Below, piece after piece: positions 28,174 through 36,343 of a stretch of 42,087 bases of DNA. This DNA comes from a virus. Lineage: Duplodnaviria > Heunggongvirae > Uroviricota > Caudoviricetes. The stretch's first letter is position 1. The number at the start of each line of letters is the position of its first letter. The notes beneath the pieces are model-generated. The model was not told where the DNA came from. It saw only the letters and a list, made by a program, of their open reading frames with translations, and made no database searches. The stretch lies in IMG/VR virus record IMGVR_UViG_2565956712_000007. One strand, written 5' to 3'. A program made the position numbers and the translations under genes.

Positions 28174-29649
28174 TTAAGCATAGGGATCGTAATCTGTGAT
28201 GGCCTTGCCTTGCTGGTTCTGCTGACCGGGAATTCGCAGACGCTTCGACACAGGGAACGCAAACGTCAGCAGTAGCGCATCGCCTTTACCAGGAGAACGC
28301 CCAAGCCGCTCCTTGATATCTTCCTTCTGTTCGATAATGATTTTACCGTCCACGCGAACTTTGTACTCTGCCGCCGACAGGTCGTCCGCTGTTTCCTGGT
28401 CATCCAGCATGCCGCCCAGCCTCAGCCATGTCTTGCATGAATTGAACATCTCCCCACGCTTGTTGAGCATCTGCGGGTCAGTAGACGCGCCACCGAACGG
28501 AACAAGTTGCCATGTACGACCCCATCCGTCACCGATTGACTTCAAACCGGTTCCGTAACCGAAGTCGATGAACACCGCGTCAGCCTGATACTGGTCTTCA
28601 AAGTCAGCGATACGCTTTGCCATAATCAGATCGTCAGTGGTCTTGTTGCCAGTCCACAGCACCTTACTGTGCAGCCCCTGCCGCAGGTATATCACAGCGT
28701 CATCAACGCCTGAGTATGCCGGGTCAACGCCGATTATCACCGGAGCATGTGCAACCTGCGCAGCGGTGACCACCCGTTTCATTGCCTCGTCAGTAAGTCC
28801 GGTAGGGATAAACTGCAATTCAGATGCATCCGGGAATATGCCGCGCACACGGATTTTAACGAAGTCGCTGTCTTCCCCGTAGTCATCAACCCATTTCTGC
28901 AACTGCTGTTTGTTGGTGCCTTCCACCGTCCGGCTGTCAATCTGCGCAGTTTTCCAGCGGTGTTTATATTTGCGGAAACATTCGCGGAAACGTCCGGTAT
29001 TACGCGTCGGGTTTCCGAACGCCACCCAGATAATCTCAGTGTCTTCGTCCGTTAGCGCACCCTCGGCAACTTCCCACACCAGATCCGCAATGTTCGACGC
29101 TTCATCGAATACCACGATGATGCGTTTGCGCTCGTTGTGTAGTCCGGCGAATGCCTCAGTGTTGTGCTCAGACCAGGGTATTGCGTCAGCTCGCCACCGC
29201 TTGTCGTGTCCAGGATCATTGCTGTACATCGCGGTAGCGGTACAGGTAAACCAGTCTTTCGTGATAGCAAGGTTCGACCACTTGATAATTTCCGGCCAGG
29301 TCTTCGTTCGTAGCTGGTTGTCGGTGTTGGCGGTCACCACAACCTTACAATCCTCGCAAGTGGACATGCCCCAGTTGATCAGCATTGAGATGAATGCGGA
29401 TTTACCAATACCGTGACCCGAAGCGCGTGCCAGCATAAGCGGCTGATAGCGCGTCTCTGGATTCTGCAGGTGATCACGTATCTCTCGGAACGCATCAGCC
29501 TGCCACTGACGTGGACCGGTGGCATGTGCCAGTTCAGTCCCATCTTCCCCCCACGGGAACGCATAGAGGGCATAGCCAAGCGGATCGTGAGTGAACCCTG
29601 CAATATCCTCGATTAACTGCTCTTCAGGAGATAACGCTGTATCTGTCAC
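28174..29649 (-). CDS. Terminase large subunit
   Basis: Walker A-like SGHGIGKS; 491 aa; overlaps small-subunit gene by 4 nt. Confidence 0.85.
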   Translation of the reverse strand: MTDTALSPEEQLIEDIAGFTHDPLGYALYAFPWGEDGTELAHATGPRQWQADAFREIRDHLQNPETRYQPLMLARASGHGIGKSAFISMLINWGMSTCEDCKVVVTANTDNQLRTKTWPEIIKWSNLAITKDWFTCTATAMYSNDPGHDKRWRADAIPWSEHNTEAFAGLHNERKRIIVVFDEASNIADLVWEVAEGALTDEDTEIIWVAFGNPTRNTGRFRECFRKYKHRWKTAQIDSRTVEGTNKQQLQKWVDDYGEDSDFVKIRVRGIFPDASELQFIPTGLTDEAMKRVVTAAQVAHAPVIIGVDPAYSGVDDAVIYLRQGLHSKVLWTGNKTTDDLIMAKRIADFEDQYQADAVFIDFGYGTGLKSIGDGWGRTWQLVPFGGASTDPQMLNKRGEMFNSCKTWLRLGGMLDDQETADDLSAAEYKVRVDGKIIIEQKEDIKERLGRSPGKGDALLLTFAFPVSKRLRIPGQQNQQGKAITDYDPYA

Positions 29650-30242
29650 TGATTACCATCCTGACGTTCTTTGAGTCGCTTCCTGGCTGCTGCTATGCGA
29701 TCAGCAATTGTCACATTCACATTAACATCCAGACGTTCTTTGAATGCGTTGACATCAACATGCTTACCAATCAGCTCAAGGTTCTTCACCTTGTCAGGCC
29801 ATTTAATTTTTTTGAGGATTGTCTCTATTGAATCCTCGTTCATGTTCATGATGGTCGATGACAGATCAAAGCCACTAAGCGTAGTGCGCCAGATTTTCGG
29901 CCACTCACGGATTGGTTTAAGGCTCCCATCGTCGTTGAGGATGTCGATCACGTCCATCTGGTCGATCTCCACCAGGCGCATGAGAACGTAATCAGCACTG
30001 ACACGCATTCGTTTGTTGCGCTCCTCCATCAACTCGGCAATCCGTTTCTGAATGCGTTCATCGCGCATCATGACACTGGCTTTAACTGCCGCTGTATTTG
30101 GGGAGAATCCTGCGTTAATCGCAGCCTGAGTCTGGTTTTCAGGCGTTTTGATGTATGACTGGCAATAAGCCTCCTGCATTGCTGTGAGCGGCTTAAATTG
30201 CGTTGATTTGCGTTTATAGGTTTTAGGTTCAGCAGGCATCAT
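29646..30242 (-). CDS. Terminase small subunit (start probably the ATG-ATG at 30242/30239, not the track TTG at 30320)
   Basis: Terminase_2-like region LTAMQEAYCQSYI...AAINAGFS; upstream 78 nt hold an operator-like site and a terminator hairpin. Confidence 0.7.
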   Translation of the reverse strand: MMPAEPKTYKRKSTQFKPLTAMQEAYCQSYIKTPENQTQAAINAGFSPNTAAVKASVMMRDERIQKRIAELMEERNKRMRVSADYVLMRLVEIDQMDVIDILNDDGSLKPIREWPKIWRTTLSGFDLSSTIMNMNEDSIETILKKIKWPDKVKNLELIGKHVDVNAFKERLDVNVNVTIADRIAAARKRLKERQDGNQ

Positions 30243-30258
30243 AACCACCGTGGTAATT

Positions 30259-30275
30259 GTTACCGTTGTGGTAAT
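30259..30275. promoter_or_regulatory. Operator-like site GTTACC-GTTGT-GGTAAT in the terminase leader
   Basis: Inverted half-sites, 5-bp spacer. Confidence 0.5.
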
Positions 30276-30280
30276 AGTAC

Positions 30281-30311
30281 CATGCAAAATAAAGCCGCCA
30301 TAGTTGGCGGC
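30281..30311 (-). terminator. Hairpin terminator upstream of the late operon (tR'-like)
   Basis: GCCGCC-N6-GGCGGC followed on the minus strand by UUUAUUUUG. Confidence 0.55.
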
Positions 30312-30352
30312 AGTATTCAAAATCCATCAAATTCATCATGCATAATCTACTC

Positions 30353-30364
30353 GTGACATGTCAC
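30353..30364. repeat. 12-bp perfect palindrome GTGACATGTCAC (copy 3)
   Basis: Exact 12-mer overlapping the stop of gene 30361..30702, about 40 nt before the hairpin. Confidence 0.9.
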
Positions 30365-30702
30365 ACTATTAATTTCGTTTCATGCCAGCCTTTAGTCACC
30401 CAGCATTGCGAGTCACCATTACACGGGCATGAATTAACTGGAACTCTCTCGCCGCACTTACCGCAACGTTTTCTGCTGATCGATTTTATACGCCCGCGCA
30501 CGCGTGCATCATCCTGGCGGATCAGTAACGCTATATACTCACCAAATTCGTAAGGCGCACGCCCGGGGCGACGCGTGGCACAGTTACGCTCCAGCATTTC
30601 AATTTCCTGAGCATCAAGCACAATCTCCAGCTTACGCACACCAGATGCAGCTTGTCTGGCTCTCTGAGCGGCTTTGCGCTCTGCTGCTGATTTAGCCATC
30701 AA
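30361..30702 (-). CDS. Small basic protein with C-terminal Cys cluster (zinc-ribbon-like); candidate late regulator
   Basis: CGKCGERVPVNSCPCNGDSQC; last gene before the late operon. Confidence 0.5.
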   Translation of the reverse strand: MMAKSAAERKAAQRARQAASGVRKLEIVLDAQEIEMLERNCATRRPGRAPYEFGEYIALLIRQDDARVRGRIKSISRKRCGKCGERVPVNSCPCNGDSQCWVTKGWHETKLIV

Positions 30703-30973
30703 TATTTACCTTTATCGCGAACACCTTTACCGGTTTATCACCGAAGTGCGGATGTGTGATTGTCTTGATTTCATATCCGTCATACGGAATATCAATTCTG
30801 CGGCTGGAATCGTCGCGCTTCGGATATCCCTTTGTGATAATCAGGCGGTCATACTTACGATTAACGAGGCGTTTATTCCAGTAGTCATTGCACAGGCGAT
30901 ACTCTTCCGTTTTCTCCCCGCGAATCATGGCATCGAAGTATTCACCTTTGACGGCAAGTTGCAGGTTAGTCAC
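30692..30973 (-). CDS. ASCH / DUF3850-like small protein
   Basis: KGEYFDAMIRGEKTEEYR resembles PUA-like ASCH fold proteins. Confidence 0.5.
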   Translation of the reverse strand: MTNLQLAVKGEYFDAMIRGEKTEEYRLCNDYWNKRLVNRKYDRLIITKGYPKRDDSSRRIDIPYDGYEIKTITHPHFGDKPVKVFAIKVNIDG

Positions 30974-31640
30974 GGTTAACCTCCTGCGGCGGCTCCGGTA
31001 GCGGCATCCAGAACAAGGCGTTCCCTAACCACGATAAAGTGCCGTCGCTCAACTCCACGTATTCCCCTTGTACCTGTCCTGCCATATACTCGCCGTGCTT
31101 TGAATAAATTAAAATCCAATCATCTTGAGGGGGCATTCGCTCACTACAGCTTATCCAACCATCCGGAGTTACCGGATAGTTGCCAGCCAGTCTACGCAAA
31201 ACAGCCTTAACAGCCTCAATACGGTCATCATCGCAATTTTCCAGCGTATCTATGCGGTCGAGCATGATGATGGCGTTATCAATATCAGGATTGCCGGTCC
31301 ACTCATTACCGCGATTGGATTCGGCAGCCTGGTTGCGCATAATCTCAGGCGTAAGCTCTTTGTAAGCATAAGCAAGAGGCTCTGATGCATTATCCGGCAC
31401 AACCGACGCAGGCGCGGCAGCATAAACAGGAATAACGTCCGGTTGCTCTTTATTGCTTTCATCCGTTAAAGCCCAGAATAATTTTCCAGCCGGATGTTTG
31501 AAAATATAAGCAACTGGATCTGCTTCCAGCGATGCCAGTGCAATTTCATAAGCCCGGCGTTCAATATTGTCTCGAACGTCCAGGCTGCTGATACGCTCTT
31601 TGATTTCTTTAATCAGTTCTTTGTCGGTGAAAGTGGTCAT
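30966..31640 (-). CDS. Hypothetical phage protein with DUF551-like C-terminus
   Basis: AAAGGAGA RBS 6 nt before the ATG at 31640; C-terminal ...WMPLPEPP; track start 31766 likely too far upstream. Confidence 0.55.
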   Translation of the reverse strand: MTTFTDKELIKEIKERISSLDVRDNIERRAYEIALASLEADPVAYIFKHPAGKLFWALTDESNKEQPDVIPVYAAAPASVVPDNASEPLAYAYKELTPEIMRNQAAESNRGNEWTGNPDIDNAIIMLDRIDTLENCDDDRIEAVKAVLRRLAGNYPVTPDGWISCSERMPPQDDWILIYSKHGEYMAGQVQGEYVELSDGTLSWLGNALFWMPLPEPPQEVNRD

Positions 31641-31641
31641 A

Positions 31642-31833
31642 TCACTCTCCTTTAGTGCGAAAGTGGTTTTTCCTGCGGTTTTGTGCTGCGCTTCTGTTTC
31701 GCCAGACACCGTAAAAACGAATAGAGGAACACCCCCTAAAACCCAGATATCTATAGTAAATAACAAGCCGATTTGAGATACGGATACGCTGCCCGGGCTT
31801 TGCTATCAGCATCTTTGCCTTACGGTTTTTCAT
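31642..31833 (-). CDS. Small basic ORF (63 aa), paralogous N-terminus MKNRKAK
   Basis: ATGA overlap with upstream ORF; shares 19-bp 5' end with the 32006 ORF. Confidence 0.35.
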   Translation of the reverse strand: MKNRKAKMLIAKPGQRIRISNRLVIYYRYLGFRGCSSIRFYGVWRNRSAAQNRRKNHFRTKGE

Positions 31834-32006
31834 CGCACTGCGTACCCCTTCTCTCGTCTGTTCCGCGACGCGGTGGGTTTATAGTTAAATGCGAATACCA
31901 CCCTACCAAACATGCCGATCACCGCCCGTTTGTGATTGCTGATTGGTAGCTTCTCGTACCCCGTCGAACGCGATAAAAGAAGTAATTTTGCTTTACGGTT
32001 TTTCAT
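31830..32006 (-). CDS. Small basic ORF (58 aa), N-terminus MKNRKAK
   Basis: AGGAGA RBS 8 nt before ATG. Confidence 0.4.
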   Translation of the reverse strand: MKNRKAKLLLLSRSTGYEKLPISNHKRAVIGMFGRVVFAFNYKPTASRNRREKGYAVR

Positions 32007-32628
32007 CGTTTTGTTCTCCTGCGTCTCCTTTGATGCGAATGCCAGTAGCGCGGATTGCATCGATGACTTCAGAAACTTTGTATGCCATTACCGTTTGGTA
32101 ATCATCGTGAAAATCTGTTCGATGAAGCATGCTGCTACGTTCCGGGAGCAGTATTTCCCGCTCCTCCAGTTCTGCTATGCGCTTCTCTGCGGCTCCCAGC
32201 TTCTCGCGCATATCGTCAACGTACTCGACCAGAGAACCGCCAGCAGGAATTTCGCACTCCTCGACCAGTTGGAAGTAGATATCAGCTGCGGCCCGTGTGT
32301 TGCTATGCCTAGCGTCGCCCATCTCACCTTCACGAAGAGCATCGCGTTCGGCGGTAAGATTGGCTATTTTGCTGTCTTTGCCTTCCAGCTCAACACGCAG
32401 CTTCCCTACCGTTAGCGCAATATCCTCGTTCTCCTGGTCGCGGCGTTTGATGTATTGCTGGTTTCTTTCCCGTTCATCCAACAATACCAGCGCGATATCT
32501 GGCGAAAAGTGCTTCATAAAATCGTTAAGCGCATTAATTCGCTGATCGAAAGGCATTACAGGTGCTTCACCAGCAATTTTTGTTTTTTCAGCGATTTCAC
32601 GAAGCTTTTGATAATCAATCTTGCTCAC
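31993..32628 (-). CDS. Hypothetical coiled-coil phage protein (211 aa)
   Basis: Charged, heptad-like repeats; nin-like region. Confidence 0.5.
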   Translation of the reverse strand: MSKIDYQKLREIAEKTKIAGEAPVMPFDQRINALNDFMKHFSPDIALVLLDERERNQQYIKRRDQENEDIALTVGKLRVELEGKDSKIANLTAERDALREGEMGDARHSNTRAAADIYFQLVEECEIPAGGSLVEYVDDMREKLGAAEKRIAELEEREILLPERSSMLHRTDFHDDYQTVMAYKVSEVIDAIRATGIRIKGDAGEQNDEKP

Positions 32629-32929
32629 TGGTTGCCTCCTTTGCTGGGCTTTCTATCTTCTGAGTGGTTGTATCAAACTCAAACAACTTAACCACGTCAT
32701 CAAACAGGACATAATCGCCATCAGAATCTTCTGTCATGTCAGCGCCACAATCCTGACCGCACGAGTCACAACCACCCATATCAAGCTCGTATCGCTTGAG
32801 GTTTGCGATATTTGATAAATTCAGCGCCAGTACAGCCAGGTCATAAACCTCTTCGGCAGTGACATCGCTGTTCAGTCCCATTTCATGGCGATATATGATT
32901 TTTTCTACTCGTTGTTTTGTGATTGTCAT
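32615..32929 (-). CDS. Hypothetical protein (104 aa)
   Basis: Operon position, overlapping coupling. Confidence 0.45.
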   Translation of the reverse strand: MTITKQRVEKIIYRHEMGLNSDVTAEEVYDLAVLALNLSNIANLKRYELDMGGCDSCGQDCGADMTEDSDGDYVLFDDVVKLFEFDTTTQKIESPAKEATSEQD

Positions 32930-33471
32930 TTTTGCTCGCCTCCCTGTTCTTCCAGAAAAATGCGCATAGTCTCAAGCATCTCTTCGGTGTCATACGGTGA
33001 CAACTTGTCACGCAGGATGTGTTCAATGCTGTTAATGAACTTTCGGATTGCTTTGCGTTCAATTTCAGTCAGGAAAGCATCGGTGGCTGGAATGGGCTTT
33101 TGTGGTGATATAGCAATGCGAATTGTCTCAAGGTCTGGATCTGTTTCCGCTGCTGGCACCTTGATATAACCCATCTGCACCCCATTCATGATGAATCTGC
33201 GACGGTCATCACATATCGCCTTTAGCCCCGCATTCTCCGCTGCCAGCGTCGAAAACTTCTCGTGTGCCAACTTAACAGCTGCATCAGCCTGCTTAATTGA
33301 CTCAATCGCTCTCTGGTGGTCTTCGGCCAGCTCATTAGCACGCACCAACTGAACTTCCAGTTGCGCTGCCAAACAGCGAACAAGCACGGATGGTGCGCCT
33401 GTCATGTCGTCAGCTAACGCATGCCCTGATGCCACTAAATCTTTGATCATACCTTCAGCCATACTTTCCAT
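32926..33471 (-). CDS. Hypothetical protein (181 aa)
   Basis: Operon position. Confidence 0.5.
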   Translation of the reverse strand: MESMAEGMIKDLVASGHALADDMTGAPSVLVRCLAAQLEVQLVRANELAEDHQRAIESIKQADAAVKLAHEKFSTLAAENAGLKAICDDRRRFIMNGVQMGYIKVPAAETDPDLETIRIAISPQKPIPATDAFLTEIERKAIRKFINSIEHILRDKLSPYDTEEMLETMRIFLEEQGGEQK

Positions 33472-33532
33472 CTTTACCCTCGCTTATCCACATAACTTAT
33501 TGATTACATTGATAACTAAAAAGATCGTCGAT

Positions 33533-33877
33533 TCAGAACTCTTCGATGTTCCAGCCACCACCTGCTTTCTTTGGTTTAACCGTTACCCCGATGATTCGGA
33601 ACGGATACTGATCTGCGGCGACTTTGGTTTTCACCCTGGCGTCGTCGGTCCAGAAACCTTTCACTTCGTGCAGTTCCATCTCTCCGGTGGCGAGCATCAC
33701 AGCGAAATCTGGCGTATAGAACGTGTTGTCAGCTAACCGCAGCTTGATACCCTCGAATCGATACCATGCGATTTCCCCTGCACGTTTACGCAGCTCAAGG
33801 TGCTGGCAATACGCAGATTCTGTTTTGTTCATCTGGCCTGTTTTGAGCCGACCAAGAGCCTGTATCTGTTTTCTCAT
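33533..33877 (-). CDS. DUF1064-like small phage protein (114 aa)
   Basis: Pattern YTPDFAV...HEVKG.W resembles small nuclease-fold phage proteins. Confidence 0.5.
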   Translation of the reverse strand: MRKQIQALGRLKTGQMNKTESAYCQHLELRKRAGEIAWYRFEGIKLRLADNTFYTPDFAVMLATGEMELHEVKGFWTDDARVKTKVAADQYPFRIIGVTVKPKKAGGGWNIEEF

Positions 33878-33879
33878 GA

Positions 33880-33896
33880 TTTACCCCTTAGGTAAT
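33880..33896. promoter_or_regulatory. Operator-like site TTTACC-CCTTA-GGTAAT
   Basis: Between P-like gene stop and next gene start. Confidence 0.5.
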
Positions 33897-33941
33897 TAAA
33901 AACCACATAAGACATGAAATCAATAGATACTAGAATATTTT

Positions 33942-33958
33942 ATTACCCATCAGGTAAT
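33942..33958. promoter_or_regulatory. Operator-like site ATTACC-CATCA-GGTAAT
   Basis: Perfect half-sites. Confidence 0.6.
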
Positions 33959-33994
33959 CATGTGGGCGTAAAAAAATGCGCTATCGCGCTGGTA

Positions 33995-34795
33995 TTACTT
34001 GATAAATCCTGCCGCCTTTCCCCGCCTGTATTCCTCCATCAGCCACTGCGCCGGTGTTATTCCCCCCAGGGTGGCGGCGTTAGGCATACACCCGAAACTT
34101 CGCCCTGGTGGATGGTAAACGTCTCTCCCTGTGTCCGGAGGCGTACTCATGGGTTCTGGCTTTGCCTGTATGCTGATCACCGGATCGGGTATCTGCTGTC
34201 CGGAAGCCACCTTTTTCGCCCAATCATCGAGCAGCCTGCGCGCGTGTTTCTCAACCTCAATCTCGCTAAGCTGGCGCTGATACATTGCACGGCGGGTATC
34301 ACATACGACCCAGTACATAACCGGATGTCGCCACGGGAATCTTTCGGGACCACCAGGATATAAACTTTTTTCCTTGCTGTACCGGTGAAACTCCGCCATC
34401 ACATCGTCAATGGTGACGCCAAGAACCATCTTGCTGTCTTTGCACCACTTGATAAATTGCCCTGGCGACGGCCAGAACGGAGATTCACTGGCGCGGGCGT
34501 GGCGCATACCAGCAGAAACCTGTTCACGGGTTCGGATCCCACCTTCGGCAAACGCAGCAATCCACTGCTGTTTTGCAGCAACTTCCTGCTCTGGCGTCTT
34601 CAGGTTGGTTACCACTGCCGCCGGAAACAGCTGTTTCAGCTGTTTGAAAAGAGCATCAACAAGCCTCTCTGCTGACATGTTCACCACATTGTCATTGTTG
34701 ACGTACTGATGCTCATAACCTGACATGCGAGAAAGGGCTTCTCCGTCACGGTTTTGTATCGCGGTAAAAACGTTGTTCACAAGAAATCCTCCCAT
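33995..34795 (-). CDS. Replication protein, lambda P-like helicase loader
   Basis: Blocks QWIAAF.EGGI.T.EQV.AGMR.AR....PF.PSPGQF..WC, LYP, YW match my recollection of lambda P. Confidence 0.7.
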   Translation of the reverse strand: MGGFLVNNVFTAIQNRDGEALSRMSGYEHQYVNNDNVVNMSAERLVDALFKQLKQLFPAAVVTNLKTPEQEVAAKQQWIAAFAEGGIRTREQVSAGMRHARASESPFWPSPGQFIKWCKDSKMVLGVTIDDVMAEFHRYSKEKSLYPGGPERFPWRHPVMYWVVCDTRRAMYQRQLSEIEVEKHARRLLDDWAKKVASGQQIPDPVISIQAKPEPMSTPPDTGRDVYHPPGRSFGCMPNAATLGGITPAQWLMEEYRRGKAAGFIK

Positions 34796-35592
34796 GCTTC
34801 AGGGCTGTTCCAGTGCGGAACGTTGTTATCAGGTAATGTTGATTGCTTCTGTCTGCTAATCTGCAGCCGCCTTGCCAGCTTCTGCTCCCACTGTGCCTGA
34901 TGGTATGCCTTACCCTCAGCCATCCAGTAAATTCTGAACTCTGCAAGTTCCTGTGCCGTTGGCAGACTGTCCAGGTAGATCCCCTGCAATGAGCTTTTCC
35001 GAAGAAAGTCATCTGATGGCTGCCATTGTTCATGCATGACAAATTTGCCTAATTGCCCTGGCCCACCAGGAGGAACAAAGTTATTCATCACGGCGTTGTT
35101 TGCGCCGGGGTCATGAGGCACAGAATCCCCGCTTTTTGTCCTGCTCTCCCTCTCTTGGTTAAATGACTGGTTATATGACTGGTTCTGGATCCCGTTTTTG
35201 GGATCATTCAACATCCCGTTTTTGGGATCATTCAACATCCCGTTTTTGGGTATATTCCCGTTTCCGGTAACATTACCGTTTTCGGGTTCATTACCCCCTT
35301 CCCGGTTGCCTTTAATGTTCCCGTTTTTGGTTATATTAAGAGAGAAAACCCGTACTCTTTTCGTCGCCCCCTTTCTCTCTCCGGTATCTGAAATAAGCCC
35401 CATTTTCATGAGCGATATAAGCCCGGCCTGCACGGTTTTTTTATTCAGGCAAGTGTCTTTAACGAGGCGTTCTATGCTGGGGTAGCAGAGGTTATATTCA
35501 TCGGCTCTGTCAGCCATCGAGAGCAGTATGAGCTTTAATGACGAGCTACCTGGATCTGTCTCCCAGGCCCAATCTGTTGCATGTCTGCTCAT
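34777..35592 (-). CDS. Replication initiator, O-like, with N-terminal HTH; contains origin iterons
   Basis: N-terminal HTH-like LKLILLSMADRADEYNLCYPSIERL; central Asn/Gly repeats encoded by iterons. Confidence 0.7.
   Translation of the reverse strand: MSRHATDWAWETDPGSSSLKLILLSMADRADEYNLCYPSIERLVKDTCLNKKTVQAGLISLMKMGLISDTGERKGATKRVRVFSLNITKNGNIKGNREGGNEPENGNVTGNGNIPKNGMLNDPKNGMLNDPKNGIQNQSYNQSFNQERESRTKSGDSVPHDPGANNAVMNNFVPPGGPGQLGKFVMHEQWQPSDDFLRKSSLQGIYLDSLPTAQELAEFRIYWMAEGKAYHQAQWEQKLARRLQISRQKQSTLPDNNVPHWNSPEAWEDFL
35189..35337. repeat. Origin iterons: about 7 direct repeats with core CCCGTTTTTGG
   Basis: Two identical 24-bp units ATCCCGTTTTTGGGATCATTCAAC then degenerate units at 19-24 bp spacing. 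Confidence 0.75.
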
Positions 35593-35607
35593 GATTAATC
35601 TCCGCTA

Positions 35608-35877
35608 TCAGCTTGAATGTTGTGGGGAGGAATTAATCATGATCTGCTTAATCTCAGCCCTGATGCGACGGTTTGATTCCATGGTGCACTCAACACAGTG
35701 TCCGTTGTAAACCCAGCGTTCACTGTCATGTCCGTGCTTACATGGTTTTCCGGTGTAGTAGCGTTTAAGTCCGCGCTTTGCGGCATCAATACGTGTAATG
35801 ATTTCCATGGTAAGCCCTGTTATTAGTATTGGGATTACGGTCATTTTGTGCTGACACAAAAAAAAGATCAACCACAT
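35608..35877 (-). CDS. Small Cys/His-containing protein at the cII-equivalent position (start uncertain)
   Basis: KPCKHGH...NGHCVEC; between tR1-like terminator and O-like gene. Confidence 0.45.
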   Translation of the reverse strand: MWLIFFLCQHKMTVIPILITGLTMEIITRIDAAKRGLKRYYTGKPCKHGHDSERWVYNGHCVECTMESNRRIRAEIKQIMINSSPQHSS

Positions 35878-35887
35878 TTGGTTTTTT

Positions 35888-35904
35888 ATTACCCTTAAGG
35901 TGCT
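35888..35904. promoter_or_regulatory. Operator-like site ATTACC-CTTAA-GGTGCT (degenerate right half)
   Basis: Upstream of gene 35608..35877. Confidence 0.4.
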
Positions 35905-35910
35905 AATAGA

Positions 35911-35936
35911 TATTAAAAGACCGCCGGATGGCGGTC
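35911..35936 (-). terminator. tR1-like intrinsic terminator after the cro-like gene
   Basis: GACCGCC-GGAT-GGCGGTC hairpin followed on the minus strand by UUUUAAUA. Confidence 0.7.
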
Positions 35937-35958
35937 TACAGAGGGTTGTAGCTGGATA

Positions 35959-36189
35959 TCATGAGTAGAAGAAGTATGCCAGTTCTGCTTTTGAGCGCAG
36001 CCATTGTCTTGTTTTACAGGCTTTAAAAAGCCCATTCATCAATACTTTACCTGGCATTTTGCGCTTACCTGTTAAGTGAGTCTGGATATAGTGACTCGTC
36101 GTTCCGGCTTCCTGTGCGAAGGCTTCACGCTCATCCGGAGTAAGTGCAAGCCAGTGCTTTTTGAAATCGAAATGTCCGTTATCGCTCAT
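35959..36189 (-). CDS. Cro-like HTH regulator (YdaS-type)
   Basis: Small HTH protein divergent from the repressor gene across an operator cluster. Confidence 0.65.
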   Translation of the reverse strand: MSDNGHFDFKKHWLALTPDEREAFAQEAGTTSHYIQTHLTGKRKMPGKVLMNGLFKACKTRQWLRSKAELAYFFYS

Positions 36190-36224
36190 AGCTATTGCCT
36201 GATATTTATTTCAGATAATAAATA

Positions 36225-36289
36225 TTCACCCATAAGGTAACAAAAATCAAGGATAGTTACCCATGAGGTGCATTTACCTGTTGGGTAAT
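36225..36289. promoter_or_regulatory. OR-like operator cluster of three 17-bp sites (36225-36241, 36256-36272, 36273-36289)
   Basis: TTCACC-CATAA-GGTAAC, GTTACC-CATGA-GGTGCA, TTTACC-TGTTG-GGTAAT between divergent cro-like and cI-like genes. Confidence 0.7.
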
Positions 36290-36343
36290 ATTGCTTTAAA
36301 TTGAATCATCTACTGATTCATATATGAGGCGATTTTCCAGAAA

